This document shows, in pieces, positions 21,338-33,074 of a stretch of DNA of 42,445 nt. The position numbers and the translations under genes were made by a program. Each line of letters begins with the position of its first letter. The first letter of the stretch is position 1. Under the pieces are notes generated by a model. That model saw only the letters and a list, made by a program, of their open reading frames with translations. It did no database searches and was not told where the DNA came from. This stretch comes from Nemertoderma westbladi (taxonomy: Eukaryota > Animalia > Xenacoelomorpha), in the NCBI GenBank assembly GCA_032718475.1, contig JAUCBJ010007928.1, positions 1 through 42,445 of the forward strand, read 5' to 3'.

Positions 21338-24300
21338 TCTGAAGGAGGAGGGTCGCTATGAGATTGGTCTGGCTTTTAGGTGGAGAGAACCCAGCTTCGT
21401 TAATAACCGACCTTTAGTGGAAAAGAGAATCGCACAGCTACATCGGCGCTTAATGTCCAACGTTCGAGCCAAAGAGATATATAAGACGCAACTAAAGAAA
21501 TTCATCAACAAGGGATACGCGGAGCGAGTTCCGGAAGAAACACCCAGAACAGAAAGAACGTATTACTTGACACACCATTACGTTCCCAAATCCGGTAAAC
21601 CAAACGAAGTCCAGGTAGTGTTTGATGGCTCCGCCCTTTATATGGGACAATCCCTAAACTCAGAACTGTTGCCAGGACCCAACTTACTCCAATCTTTGTT
21701 GGGAATATTATTACGATTGCGGCAATATTCAGTCGCCTTTGCCTCCGACATTGAAGGCATGTTTCTACAAGTAAAAGCATTAGATAGGGATCGAGATAGC
21801 CTACAATTTATGTGGTGGCCTGAAGGAGACCTCAACCGAAAACCGGTGGAATACTGGATGACAATCCAGGCTTTCGGGATCATATCGAGCCCCTCGAACG
21901 CTTGTTCAGTAGTGCGCACCACTGCCGACGATAATAGAGATGCCTACTCTAAAGCGGTTATCGACAACATCAAACGGGATATTTACATGGACGACAATCT
22001 AAAGTCCCTCCCATCGGTGGAAGAAGCAATCGATGTTGCCAAGGGAATGGTAGAGTGCTTTCAACGAGGTGGATTTTGCCTAACCAAATTCACTAGTAAC
22101 TCACGTGAGTTCCTGGAATCGATCCCAGTAGAAGACCGAGGTGTTAAAGATCTTGACCTCATTAAGGACGATCTTCCAGAAACGAAGACCCTTGGACTGA
22201 AATGGGACACGGAGAGAGACATTTTATTTTTCCAACTGAAACAACGTGATAATCTCGTTCGAACTAAACGGATTTTCCTGAGTATTCTGAGCGCTTTCTT
22301 CGATCCATTGGGATTCATTAGCCCTGTAATCCTAGTTGCTTGGAGCTTGGTACAACAAATGTGGCTCGAAAACCAATCGTGGAATGATCCACTCCAGGGA
22401 GAACTGCTAAAGAAGTGGATGAAGTGGGAGGATTCTTTACCATCTATCGAGAACTTTAAGATTTCCCGCTAGTATTTCAGTCACGTTCTCCCCACGTATT
22501 CCTATCAACTCCATGTTTTTGGAGACGCCAGCGATATTGGAATAGGTATAGTAGCCTACCTGAGGGTTGAAACTCCCGATGGAATTAATGTTTCATTAGC
22601 CACCTCTAAGGCCCTAATGAACAACAAACTGCGGGTTCCCAGAGCGGAGTTAAAGGCAGCACTATACGCTACAGCCATCGGCCGGAATGTAACGGAACAG
22701 ATCAACTATCCACTAGAGAAAACTGTCTATTGGACTGATGCGTTACTCGTTCTGGAGTATATAACTAATGAAGTCTGTCAGTTCAGCATCTTTGTTACCA
22801 ACCAAGTAGCTATTATACTCAGTCGCACTAATATAGATCAATGGAGACATTGCCCTGGGACAATTAATCCAGCCGATATCGCTTCCAGAGGAGCAACTCC
22901 TCAAGAACTGATAGACACTCCAGATTGGTTAGGTGGCCCCGACTTCCTAGGTAAAGAATAGGAGGAATGGCCCCCTCATCTCACCACGGCGGAGATCAGA
23001 CAACACGGCGGAGAAAGTCAAACCGAAAACCCGGATGAGTAAATCAAAGTTGTTTAAGCCAGCGATTGATCTGTCTGTGCTACACACCGCCGGTGATGCC
23101 ACTGTGGATCCGAATCCATCTTTGGATGTTACTCAAACCATAAGTAAATCCGTCATAGAAATAAGGGAAAGAGATTGGAAATCTGGAACACCAGACATCT
23201 CCCATGGACTCTCTCCTCTCATCCAAAGAGCGATGGCTCATTATTGCTCCTGGAATCGGCTTTGCAAGGCCATTGTGTATTTAAAATGATGTATTCTAGG
23301 ACGAAGATTGCTAATGATGCCACTTCAGTAGTAGCTGAAAAGGTCCATGCTACCAAACACCTTCCCACTTATCGGCTGCCTGATAGGTTTTTTGACAGAG
23401 AAATATCAGTTACCAAGAACATGATAATACCAACAAGCATATACTGAGACTCCTGCAATGTTACAAGAATTCAGAAAAGTATTTCCTGTTGTTGAGAAAT
23501 CCACAGATGTGCTTAAGGGATCCTTTCTCTAGCATAATGATAGATGGGCTAATACGTGTCGGAGGAAGATTAACCAATGCTCCATTTTCCTTTGACACTA
23601 AGTTTCCCATACTCATTAGAAATCTTGAAATACAAATCAAGATGATTGTAGATATTCACAGTAAGCTTTACCACACTGGTAGAGAATGAGTTCTTAGCAA
23701 AATTCGAACTCGCTATTATTTCCATAAGCCCCGTAGAGCTCTAAACCAAGTTCTTAGGAACTGTATACCCTGTAGGAAAGCATTTAGTAGGCCTTTAACA
23801 CAGCGAGAGGCAGAATTTCCTAGGGAATGAGTCAGCTGTTATGAACCACCCTTTACTAATACTGGTGTGGATTTATTTGGCCCAATTGAAGTATATCGTG
23901 CTAGGACTATAGTCAAGCGATGGTGCGTCATCTTTGTCTGTATGACTTGTAGAGCGATCCATCTAGATATGGTGAATGATCTATCTACCAACAGCTCCAT
24001 ACTGAGTTTGCGCTGACAAATCGCTTGTTTTGGGACTAGCAACACTATGAGATCTGACAAAGGAACTAATTTCATTGGCGCCAATAACGAGATTAAAGCT
24101 TACGTAAAAGATTGGAACCAAAGACATGTGGATGATCAGTTAAGAGTAACAGCATCTAGCTGGACCTTCAATGCCGCCGACGCCCCTTGGTGGGGAGGAA
24201 GTTGGGAGAGACTCATATGTAGCGTGAAGACTGCATTTCACTTTATAGTGCCGTGCCGAGCGTATCTCACCGATGAACTTGATGAACTTGAACTTGAACC

Positions 24301-24880
24301 GATGAACGGAGGAAATCGCCGCTATCTCAATGAGAGACCGCTTATGCCAGTCTCATCGAGTCCCGTCTCCCTAGAAGCGCTAACACCCGCGCATTTCCTA
24401 CTAAAGAAACCTGTAGCCATGCTCCCGCAGTCAGAAATAACGGACAGAGACGAGTACTGCCGACAAACTTGGCAACTTATGCAGTTATTATCCCGTTGTT
24501 TCTCTGACCATTTTGAAAAATATTATCTTCCTACGCTACAACTTCGAACAAAGTAGTTTGCGCAGCAAGAAAACGTCATTGCCGGAGTCGTGGTCCTTAT
24601 CGTGGAATCAGATCTTCCCCGTAAGAGGTGGCAGACAGGTCGTATCATCGAGACTCATATATCCAATGATGGTTTAGTGAAATCGATGGAACACGTCGTC
24701 ATGCGACGTAACTTCAAGAAACCTGGAATTTTGTTCGAAACTCAACAACTTAATCGCCCGGTTGGTCGTTTATGTTTACTGGAAAGAGACCGAGAGTTAT
24801 CCGGTAACTATGGAAAACAAGAGACTCTTCCCACGACCACCTCCCTAATCCAACAAACATCTAGGGACTACCCAACATAA
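21338..24880 (+). pseudogene. Element A RT-RNase H-integrase, disrupted
   Basis: YMDD, NPADIASRG and SDKGTNF present. About ten stops/frameshifts, several being CGA>TGA relative to B (23287, 23687, 24014). Confidence 0.93.
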
Positions 24881-27109
24881 CAGCGTTTGGAGTGGGTGTA
24901 TGACTACATTATTTCATTTGTTTATTTTTATATTTATGTATGCATTATTATGTAATTTATATTATTATGATCGTTTTCTTTAATTTTATTTAGTAGAATA
25001 ATATTTTTAACGATTATTTAGTAGATTAGTGCAATATATTTCGTATTTTATTACTCAATTACTTAGTATAATATATTTCGTTAACGGCGAGAAATAATTT
25101 TGTTTTCTCTTTCCTTACTGTCCGTATCATACTATAAATACGTGACTACAGTAAGATGAAATGTCAGTACTTATTAAAGAACAATATACCGCTCCTACTA
25201 TACTTAGGTATTATTGGTAAAGTAGAGTATTAGGAATGCAAAGTTCAGATACTCGTGTCTCGGCTAAACCAAGCTCTGGGTAGACCTTGGAAACGACTTG
25301 CCTCTTCTCACTGACATTGCTTCTTGCAATATTGCTCTCATACCGTATCTTAAATAATACATATAGTAGAAAGATGTCCATTTAACAGCAGCGCTGTCAA
25401 AGTAAATCTGTTAAAATCTTTGACCCATAAATCTGTTAAACCCTTTGACCATCTGAAATTCTAGTCGATTAAGATATCGCGGCACCCACTGATATACTTG
25501 AAAGACAAAATTCTAGAATCAGTGGTTAACGTCCCCAGACATTTGTTAAATATTCACAACGTTTGTTATAACAAATGTTAAAGTAAAAGAAATAGGGAAA
25601 ATCTGTTAAACCCTTAGATCCTTTAAAGATCTAGTCGATTGAGATATATAAAGATATATCTTATTACAACAGGTTGTTAACCTGAGAAAAATCTGTTAAA
25701 ATTTTACAGCATTATTATAATAAAATGCTGACAAATCTTTTAAACCCTTAGATCCTCTAAAATTTTAGTCGATTAAGATATAGTAGTACTTACCGATGCC
25801 CTTAAAAGACAAAATTTCTGGAATCAAGGATCAGTGTTCCCAGACATGTTCTGGAATAAAACTGTGTCTATTTTAATATCAAATAATAAAATTCACAGGA
25901 ACAAATTTTAAATTCATATCCTCTCATGAATTTAATAAATTGTCATTTTATACAATTTATAAACATTCCCAAAATTCCGTTAATTAATAGATCATGGGAG
26001 CGGAGATTCATCCTATTAAGTATATCAGTGTGAAAGAATCTCCAGTGTACAGTCAATAGCCGAGAAAATTCATAAAATCATGTATAATGGGAATATAGAC
26101 AATTAAAGAGTCACTATTAAATAGCATCCCAGATCTGTATGCATGAAAAATACCCTAATTCTACTGCTAGCTTTGCATAATGTCACCATAGTAACAACCA
26201 CGCTAGAATTAGAAGTGAGTTAAAAGAACAATAGAAGGCTTGCTCATTGAATAGCATGCGGAATAAATAACACCTTGATAGTATCTAAGGATACATAATA
26301 ATAACGTGGCATTCTGGAAGGCATCTGACTAATGGACAAATGGCCCTAATTTGTACAAATTGTGGCAGGAATGTGGAATTTGTGTATTTATAGGTGAATG
26401 TTACTACTAAAGTGCAGTTACAGTTGCGAGTCGCAATTGTGAAAGTTACCCTACATCTGTATCAAGTACCTCCAGTATATTCGAGCCCTTGGGACGGACA
26501 GTGGAGTGACTCGCGCTGGTTATTGTTGTCGTTGTGTGGCTACTACATTGGCGAGGGGCACAGCGACAACAGTACATCAGCGCTGTCCGGGCTGGGCTGT
26601 CCGGGGGCAGAGAGGGGAAGACAGCTACGCATTCGAACTCGCGCAGTGTTATGTTACCGATACCGAGCGCAAACCGGCCATGGGTATAGATGGGATAGTT
26701 GGAAATTAAGCACACAATCAAACACAACCAAAAACACACCCAAACACAATCAAACACAGTCCAAATGTTAACCAATTTTGTCAAACACAGTCCAAATCGG
26801 AAAGCCAAGGTAAATCTACATCAGTTTGTATAAAAATTATTTTCAAAATGTCCGCACAATGCCACTATTATTGCCAATTTGTATCTCAACGCACAGCTAG
26901 ACTGGTTGCTAGGCGCTAGTGAGTGACGTTGGCCTTATATCCCTTGCACACTGTACTGTACAGCCTACTCGGTAGGGGTAGGCAGGTAGGCATATTGCAG
27001 TATTGCGATCACATACCGGCTGGCCGGTGATGTAGTGAGGTAGGTACCGTACCAATAGTTAGTTCTTTAAATCATTGTATTTTATTCCGCTATTTGTTAT
27101 GGTACCCGT

Positions 27110-29563
27110 CTCTGGATCCATCTCTCGTATCTCTGGAAATGGATTGTTTTCGGCTGGAACCCAGTTCAAGAAGCGAACTGGAAAGCTATGGACTCATAGT
27201 GGACCCAGTGGTCACAAGTCCCAGATAGACCATATTCTGTTTCGTAGGAAATACAGGAGCTCTATACAAGACTGTAATGCATTTACACTTCGACCCTTCT
27301 CCAGTGATCACCGCCTTATTGTGGCCAAGGTAAGACTTAGACTGCCTGCTAGCAGAACAACGAAATCTGCCTTACCGCGGCATGACTAGTCCTCTCTGTT
27401 GCAACAGCCAAGTGTGAGATCCAGCTTCACACTACAGCTGAGCAACAGGTATGAGGCTCTTGCCTCTGAGGCGGCAGATCACTGTGAGGGCTATACTGCC
27501 TTTACAGAAGCAGTTAAGTTAGCAGCTGCACAAACAGTTCCTGTATACCCTCGAAACAGGAAAAGGGCCCCCTGGACTGACAACAAAATTCAGAAGTGCC
27601 GAAATGACCTTCATAAAGCGCAGAAAGAGTCCCAACTCAAACAGACTACAGCGACCAAGAATGCAGTTAAGGCTGCATCTAGGTCCCTGAACAGGCAGTA
27701 CTCTGTTAATCTACAGGAGCTAATAAACCAACAGGTTGATGCCATCAATGATGCAGAAGATAGCAGGCAATCATCCCAGGCATGGAAATCGATCAATCTG
27801 CTTACTGGGCGGAAAAGCCAACCAACCACCAAGGTTAAGGCTGAATAACCAGCCGATCGCCTCAATGGTTGGAAAGCCCACTTTGAAAAGCTCCTCAATA
27901 ATGACAGGGTATTGCCTGATAACTTTATAGAAGTAAAAGTGTCTGAGTCTGTACTCCCAGATATTCCCATTGGCGATATCTCCTTTGCAGAAGTGAAGGC
28001 TGCTGCAAAGAGCATTAAGACCAATCGTGCCAGTGGAGTAGATGGTGTTCCCCCTGAGGTCTTTAAAATACCTGAGTGTTTAAAGCTCATCTATCCCATC
28101 ATAGTAGACATGTACCGAACAACAAGAGTCCCACAAGAAATGAAAACAAATAAGTTGGTGCCAGTTCCCAAGAAGGGCAACCTAACACTCTATGGTTCTT
28201 TTCGGGGAATCTCATTGATCTCGATTGCTGCAAAGTTATACAATAGGATTCTATTAAATCGCATCAGGGATCCCATTGAGAGACTGCTACGTGGAAATCA
28301 GAATGGGTTCCGCAAAGGTCGTGGGACCATGGAGCCCATTTTGGCACTTAGAAGGATAATTGAAGAATTATCAAAAAAGAAAGACAGGCATCTGGCTGTT
28401 ATCTTTGTTGACTTCTTCAAGGCTTTTGATTCAGTCTCTCGGTCACGTATGTTCAGCATACTTTCATTATATGGGATTCCTGATGAAATTATTGCAGCAA
28501 TCAGATCAGTATACGATGGTTCGACAACATTTGTGTCTACTGTTGATGGTGACACAGAACCATTTGAAGTGTTTTGGGGCGTCCTCCAAGGAGACACACT
28601 TGCACCATTCTTGTTCATTATTGTGGTTGACTATGTTCTACGCATGTCCTTAGATCATCATAATGATGATGGGGTGATGATAACTCCACCTACTGGCTCC
28701 AGAAGTCGAGGAAATCCTGCCAAGTACCTAACTGATCTAGACTTTGCTGATGACTTAGGAGTACTCTCAGAATCATTAGAGGGAGCCCAACGGCTCCTCA
28801 GCTCATTAGAACATGCTGCTTCTAGTGTTGGTCTTTTTATTAACTCCAGAAAGACCAAAATTCTGACAGTTAACTTTGAAAGTCCTCAGCAAGTCTCTGA
28901 TCGGATGAGCATAAGCTCAAAGGATGGTATGCTTGAGCATGTGGACGACTTCTGTTACCTGGGATCATGGATCCGGAAGTCAGGTGAGGACCTTCGAATA
29001 AGTAAGGGAAAGGCATGGGCAGCCTTGAATAGGCTTTCCAGGATTTGGAAGTCACCTAGAATTAATCGGAAACTTAAGGTCCGATTATTTAGAGCAGCAG
29101 TAGTTCCAGTACTCCTCTACGGGAGTCCATGCTGGGCTCTAACTGCTGAGGACACCAAATCTCTGGATGGCACATTCACAAGAATGCTACGCCGGGTTCA
29201 TTGTGTCAAGTACAATGCACACATCTCCAACCAGACACTATATAACATTGGAGGTGTCTCATTGGTTCCCCCAAGCTTGACACTAGAACAAAATCGCCTC
29301 CACTTTGCAGGACATTGCTTTCGCCGTGAGGAACAGCCAGTGCATAATCTTGTACTTTGGCAGCCTCATGGAGTGAATAAGCATGGTGGACAGCCCATGA
29401 CTTTCTTGAGACGCATCTTAAAGGACACTGGCCTTAAAGATGCGGATGATCTAGCAAATGTCATGGGTGATAGGGAGTTGTGGCAGTGCAATTTTGTTGA
29501 CAAGCCGGCACAGCATTCTTAAAAATGCAGCTGCAATGCAGCATGCCGATCCTAGTAGTAGTA
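27110..29563 (+). mobile_element. 5'-truncated RTE-like LINE
   Basis: 11-bp TSD ATGGTACCCGT (27099-27109 and 29564-29574), (TAG)n tail, very short 3' UTR, endonuclease remnant QIDHIL...SDH, stops at 27387 and 27846. Confidence 0.94.
27912..29522 (+). CDS. LINE reverse transcriptase domain (open part of a disrupted ORF)
   Basis: FRGISL, QNGFR, FVDFFKAFDSV, GVLQGDTLAPFLF, LDFADD, FCYLGS. Confidence 0.92.
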   Translation: MPDNFIEVKVSESVLPDIPIGDISFAEVKAAAKSIKTNRASGVDGVPPEVFKIPECLKLIYPIIVDMYRTTRVPQEMKTNKLVPVPKKGNLTLYGSFRGISLISIAAKLYNRILLNRIRDPIERLLRGNQNGFRKGRGTMEPILALRRIIEELSKKKDRHLAVIFVDFFKAFDSVSRSRMFSILSLYGIPDEIIAAIRSVYDGSTTFVSTVDGDTEPFEVFWGVLQGDTLAPFLFIIVVDYVLRMSLDHHNDDGVMITPPTGSRSRGNPAKYLTDLDFADDLGVLSESLEGAQRLLSSLEHAASSVGLFINSRKTKILTVNFESPQQVSDRMSISSKDGMLEHVDDFCYLGSWIRKSGEDLRISKGKAWAALNRLSRIWKSPRINRKLKVRLFRAAVVPVLLYGSPCWALTAEDTKSLDGTFTRMLRRVHCVKYNAHISNQTLYNIGGVSLVPPSLTLEQNRLHFAGHCFRREEQPVHNLVLWQPHGVNKHGGQPMTFLRRILKDTGLKDADDLANVMGDRELWQCNFVDKPAQHS

Positions 29564-30008
29564 ATGGTACCCGTAATCCAGTAGGCCTAATCTATTCTGT
29601 CTGTCTGTAGGGCTAGGCAGCTAGGGCTACTGCAGTACTGCAAATTTCGATTACCGCAAATTACCGGTCAGCCGGTATGTGATAGCAATACTGAAATATG
29701 CCTTGCCTACCTCTACCAGAGGCTGTACTGTACGTACATCAGTGTACAGGGGATATAAGGCCAACGTCACTAGTGCCTAGCAACCAGTCCAGCTGTGCGT
29801 TGAGATATAAATTGGCAATAATAGTGGCATTATACGGACATTTTGAAAATAATTTTTATACAAACTGAAGTAGAATTACCTTGGGTTTCCGATTTGGACT
29901 GTGTTTGACAAAATTGGTTAACATTTGGACTGTGTTTGATTGTGTTTGGGTGTGTTTGGTTGTGTTTGATTGTGTGCTTAATTTCCAACTATCCGTATAG
30001 ATGGATCT

Positions 30009-31895
30009 ATGCTACCCCAGCCAGTCCTTGAGATGCTGTTTGACGAGAGAATAATTAAAGTCGGTTCAGCTGTTTATGGAGATTTCCCAAATGACTTTAG
30101 AAATATGGAGAATATCCCATATCCTTTCGTAGACACCCAACTGATTGCACCATGGGCAGAAGGCCGAGGTTTCTTCCGAACTATGTATGCCAATACACCG
30201 AGGGGAATCAATAAAGTACAAAGAACCTCTATCGGACATCTTGCCTTCCAAGAATACGGATGGAATTTTAAAGTTGGAAATCCTGTCAGTTATCAACAAA
30301 TATATGGCGACCCTTATTCTCGATTATATTTCGATGGACCATTAACAGCGCCCCGAGTCATTTATAGCTTTATGAGTGTTCCACTCCGTCCCTCATTAGC
30401 TATATATACCATCTTCGAGAATGCCGCACTTGCCAGTTGGCTAGCCGATGTGTGCAGTCGAACTATACGCGCTCATCCCTTAGTGCTTGGAACTAAACTC
30501 GCTAAGTTAGATGAACACAATAAATTCATCAGATTCGAATGCTTTAGGCGCTCTCTGACTCCGTTCCGTAACGTTGACAGTCAGTTTAAAGACCGCGATT
30601 TGACCAAACTCAGCCTGAGAGATTACGCTGCTGAGAAGTTGGACAGCGCTGGATTTGCCATTCGTTTGTATGACGTTTGTATACAGAATCTACATTCATC
30701 TGTTATACAAAGACCCCAAATCCCCACAGGTTATTCTATTGTGGAAGTTCAAACGGTGGGTTCCCTTGAGAAAACAGCTACATCTATCGCAGCTAAGCAA
30801 GTTGAAGAAGAACCAATTTGCTTGGAATCTGAAGACATTCAACCTGCAGCATCCAGGAGTAGCGATAATGATTATGTGTTGGAATGGTATCAAGGTCCAC
30901 AATGTCTCACGGCATATGATTATCGGCATGCCAATTACATTTCTAGGAAATGTTGCCGATTATGTGCATCACGGGATCACTTTACCCCAACGGATTCCAG
31001 CAAACCCTGCTCCTACTTTAAAGACCAACCTATTATGGAGATTTATTGTGCTTATTGTAGACTCAATAATCTACACATTTTTGCAGTTTGTCATCAATTT
31101 ATGACTCAATGTCACCACTGTCAATTCAAAGGACATGCAAGTTTCGATTGCCCTCTCAATCGAGATCTAGAAAGCGTAGATGAAATAGTTACCTTGTGTT
31201 ACATCAGATCTTGGGAAGCATTATCAGATCTTACATCAGATCTCCATTGCGAATCACGTCACCGATACTATCCAGGACGTATATATGAAGGAGTTTATGC
31301 ATTTCACCCATACCTCTTTTCCTCCGTTGAACAAAAATATCGCACCCCCAGTTACGAACTGATGAAACGTGTTGGTGAGAACATTTCAACCAAATACGTT
31401 CGCAAATATCTGAGGAATATTAATCCCAATAACCCGGATTCTTATAACTTGATCAACTTCATCCGCCAAGATCCGGAATACGGTGACTTGTTCATAAACT
31501 CACATCCTGAGTTACAAGAAGTTCATAGAAGACCATATGAATATAAAGCCAGAGAACGCGAATTAGAGAGAACAATCAAACCGAGGAAATTTCTCGCTAC
31601 ACACGGTCAACCTACCGCTGTCGTGCAAACGACCCATCAAGGACCAGTAAGAGCTGCCATCCTGAAACGAGCTCTAAAGGTTGTTCACCCTCGATCCACC
31701 GATGTCGACATCGATCAACTGGGTACCGCGACCGGCGGATATACTGATTGTAATCCAAAACCTTCTGATGCTATCGTATTGCACCCTTCCCCCAGGAGTT
31801 ATAGCCCTCCTAGTAAAGTGGCTCGCCCCAAAGAGAAAAGGACTCTTACTAGTCTTAAAAAACTCCGTAAACGCCGTTCGCGAAAGAAGGACTGA
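30009..31895 (+). CDS. Extra ORF of element A: DEDDy/RNase D-WRN-like 3'-5' exonuclease-like domain + CCHC zinc knuckles + basic tail
   Basis: LPQPVLEMLFDERIIKVGSAVYGD...FVDTQLIA...SIGHLAFQEYG resembles the Exo II region of WRN/EXD/Mut-7-type domains. Also CRLC..H..C, CAYC-x5-H-x4-C, CHHC-x4-H-x4-C and KKLRKRRSRKK. In frame with 26506-26692 once the MULE-like insertion is removed. Confidence 0.75.
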   Translation: MLPQPVLEMLFDERIIKVGSAVYGDFPNDFRNMENIPYPFVDTQLIAPWAEGRGFFRTMYANTPRGINKVQRTSIGHLAFQEYGWNFKVGNPVSYQQIYGDPYSRLYFDGPLTAPRVIYSFMSVPLRPSLAIYTIFENAALASWLADVCSRTIRAHPLVLGTKLAKLDEHNKFIRFECFRRSLTPFRNVDSQFKDRDLTKLSLRDYAAEKLDSAGFAIRLYDVCIQNLHSSVIQRPQIPTGYSIVEVQTVGSLEKTATSIAAKQVEEEPICLESEDIQPAASRSSDNDYVLEWYQGPQCLTAYDYRHANYISRKCCRLCASRDHFTPTDSSKPCSYFKDQPIMEIYCAYCRLNNLHIFAVCHQFMTQCHHCQFKGHASFDCPLNRDLESVDEIVTLCYIRSWEALSDLTSDLHCESRHRYYPGRIYEGVYAFHPYLFSSVEQKYRTPSYELMKRVGENISTKYVRKYLRNINPNNPDSYNLINFIRQDPEYGDLFINSHPELQEVHRRPYEYKARERELERTIKPRKFLATHGQPTAVVQTTHQGPVRAAILKRALKVVHPRSTDVDIDQLGTATGGYTDCNPKPSDAIVLHPSPRSYSPPSKVARPKEKRTLTSLKKLRKRRSRKKD

Positions 31896-31979
31896 TAGTT
31901 TAGAGTATTTTTGTATATTAGAAACTGTGATTTTTTATATTTTATAGACTTAAATCCCATTTTCTGTAAATATTTGCGG

Positions 31980-33074
31980 TGTAAAAGCTTTTGCGGACAT
32001 AACAAGTCATTTTTATGCAATGCACTGAATACTCTAAAAAAGGCCTAAAATTGTTCAACTACGCGTCGGTCAGAAATTAGAACCAAGATGACGAAATCTG
32101 TCAGCTGATTCTTTGTGTACGTGGAGGTTTCTTTGTTTGGGCCTATTCAGCCAATTAGAGCAATCTTCCCAGTTATGCCAATAGAGACCTACCTGTGGAA
32201 ATTGGCGCATGCGCAGTTATAGTTTTTCTGAGAATCCTATTCCTTTCGGGAATCAGTACTAAGTACAGACGTTTCAGACTTTGGCCCAAGAATATCTGAT
32301 GGCTGGAGTTATAAGAACGTAAATCTATTAACTGAACATCGGCACAAACCGCACCTTATCATACTGAACTTCATGAACACATACTGACTGTTCACCGCAC
32401 TGTTTTAATGCTGTTTTATATTGTTGTTAATTGCTGTTTATATTAATGGATGTTATATTTGGAGAATACAGATAAATAATCGTAAACCCCTCAAGTTTCT
32501 TAATTACTGAGGTAAGCAGAAGGGTCTACCGGTAGCAACTGCGACTCAAATTATAGTGGTTTTTGTGTGGATTAAATGCTATTTCATAATCCCTAAGTGT
32601 GTCAGTTGCAATCCTCCTTATATATGATCAGAATCAGTGACGGTCGGCAAATTAGTGTGAATTAGTGTGGAGTAGTGTGAAGTCGTGTGAAGGTTAATAA
32701 AGCAACTCCTAAAGAATGTGCTATTTACGAGATTCCATAGCCATCTAGTTGTGATTAGTGTAAGTCATAACTCTGTTTTATACTTAAAGCGCCACGTCCA
32801 AAAGGAACTGTTAATATTTCCCCGAAAGTAAATATAGTTGTTGGAGATTATATAGTAGCGATCAATCGAATAATACAAAGTAGCCTACACCGCAATAACT
32901 TTCTCTGGACCCGAATCCAGTCTCCCACACAGTGGGTCATACGCCGTGCACGGACTGGCTTCGGCGGATGTAAATTCAATACACTAGGTAATTGGTAAGG
33001 GCAAAAGTCGATTTATAATTAAAAGGACATTTAAATTGGCAGGTTAACTGCTAAAAGGTCTAAAAGCGCGAACA
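31980..33074 (+). repeat. 3' LTR of element A (1095 bp)
   Basis: TGTAAAAGCTTTTG...AAAGCGCGAACA, same termini as the B LTRs. The 3' two-thirds is alignable and the first ~330 bp is largely diverged. Confidence 0.93.

Larger units (their letters stand above)
26693..29994. mobile_element. Non-autonomous foldback/MULE-like DNA transposon (~840 bp without the nested LINE)
   Basis: ~335-bp inverted arms (26693-27028 and 29663-29994) starting GGATAGTTGGAAATTAAGC. 9-bp TSD GTATAGATG at 26684-26692 and 29995-30003. Confidence 0.9.
1..33074 (+). mobile_element. Element A: old BEL/Pao LTR retrotransposon (5' part outside the window), interrupted by nested insertions
   Basis: Segments 1-602, 2420-5491, 21338-26692 and 30004-33074 are colinear with element B and rejoin across the TSDs. 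Domain order is gag-PR-RT-RH-IN. It ends in a TG...CA LTR related to the LTRs of B. Confidence 0.93.

Noticed and set aside
30009-31895. env gene
   Set aside because: No signal peptide or clear transmembrane anchor; it has knuckles and an NLS-like tail instead.
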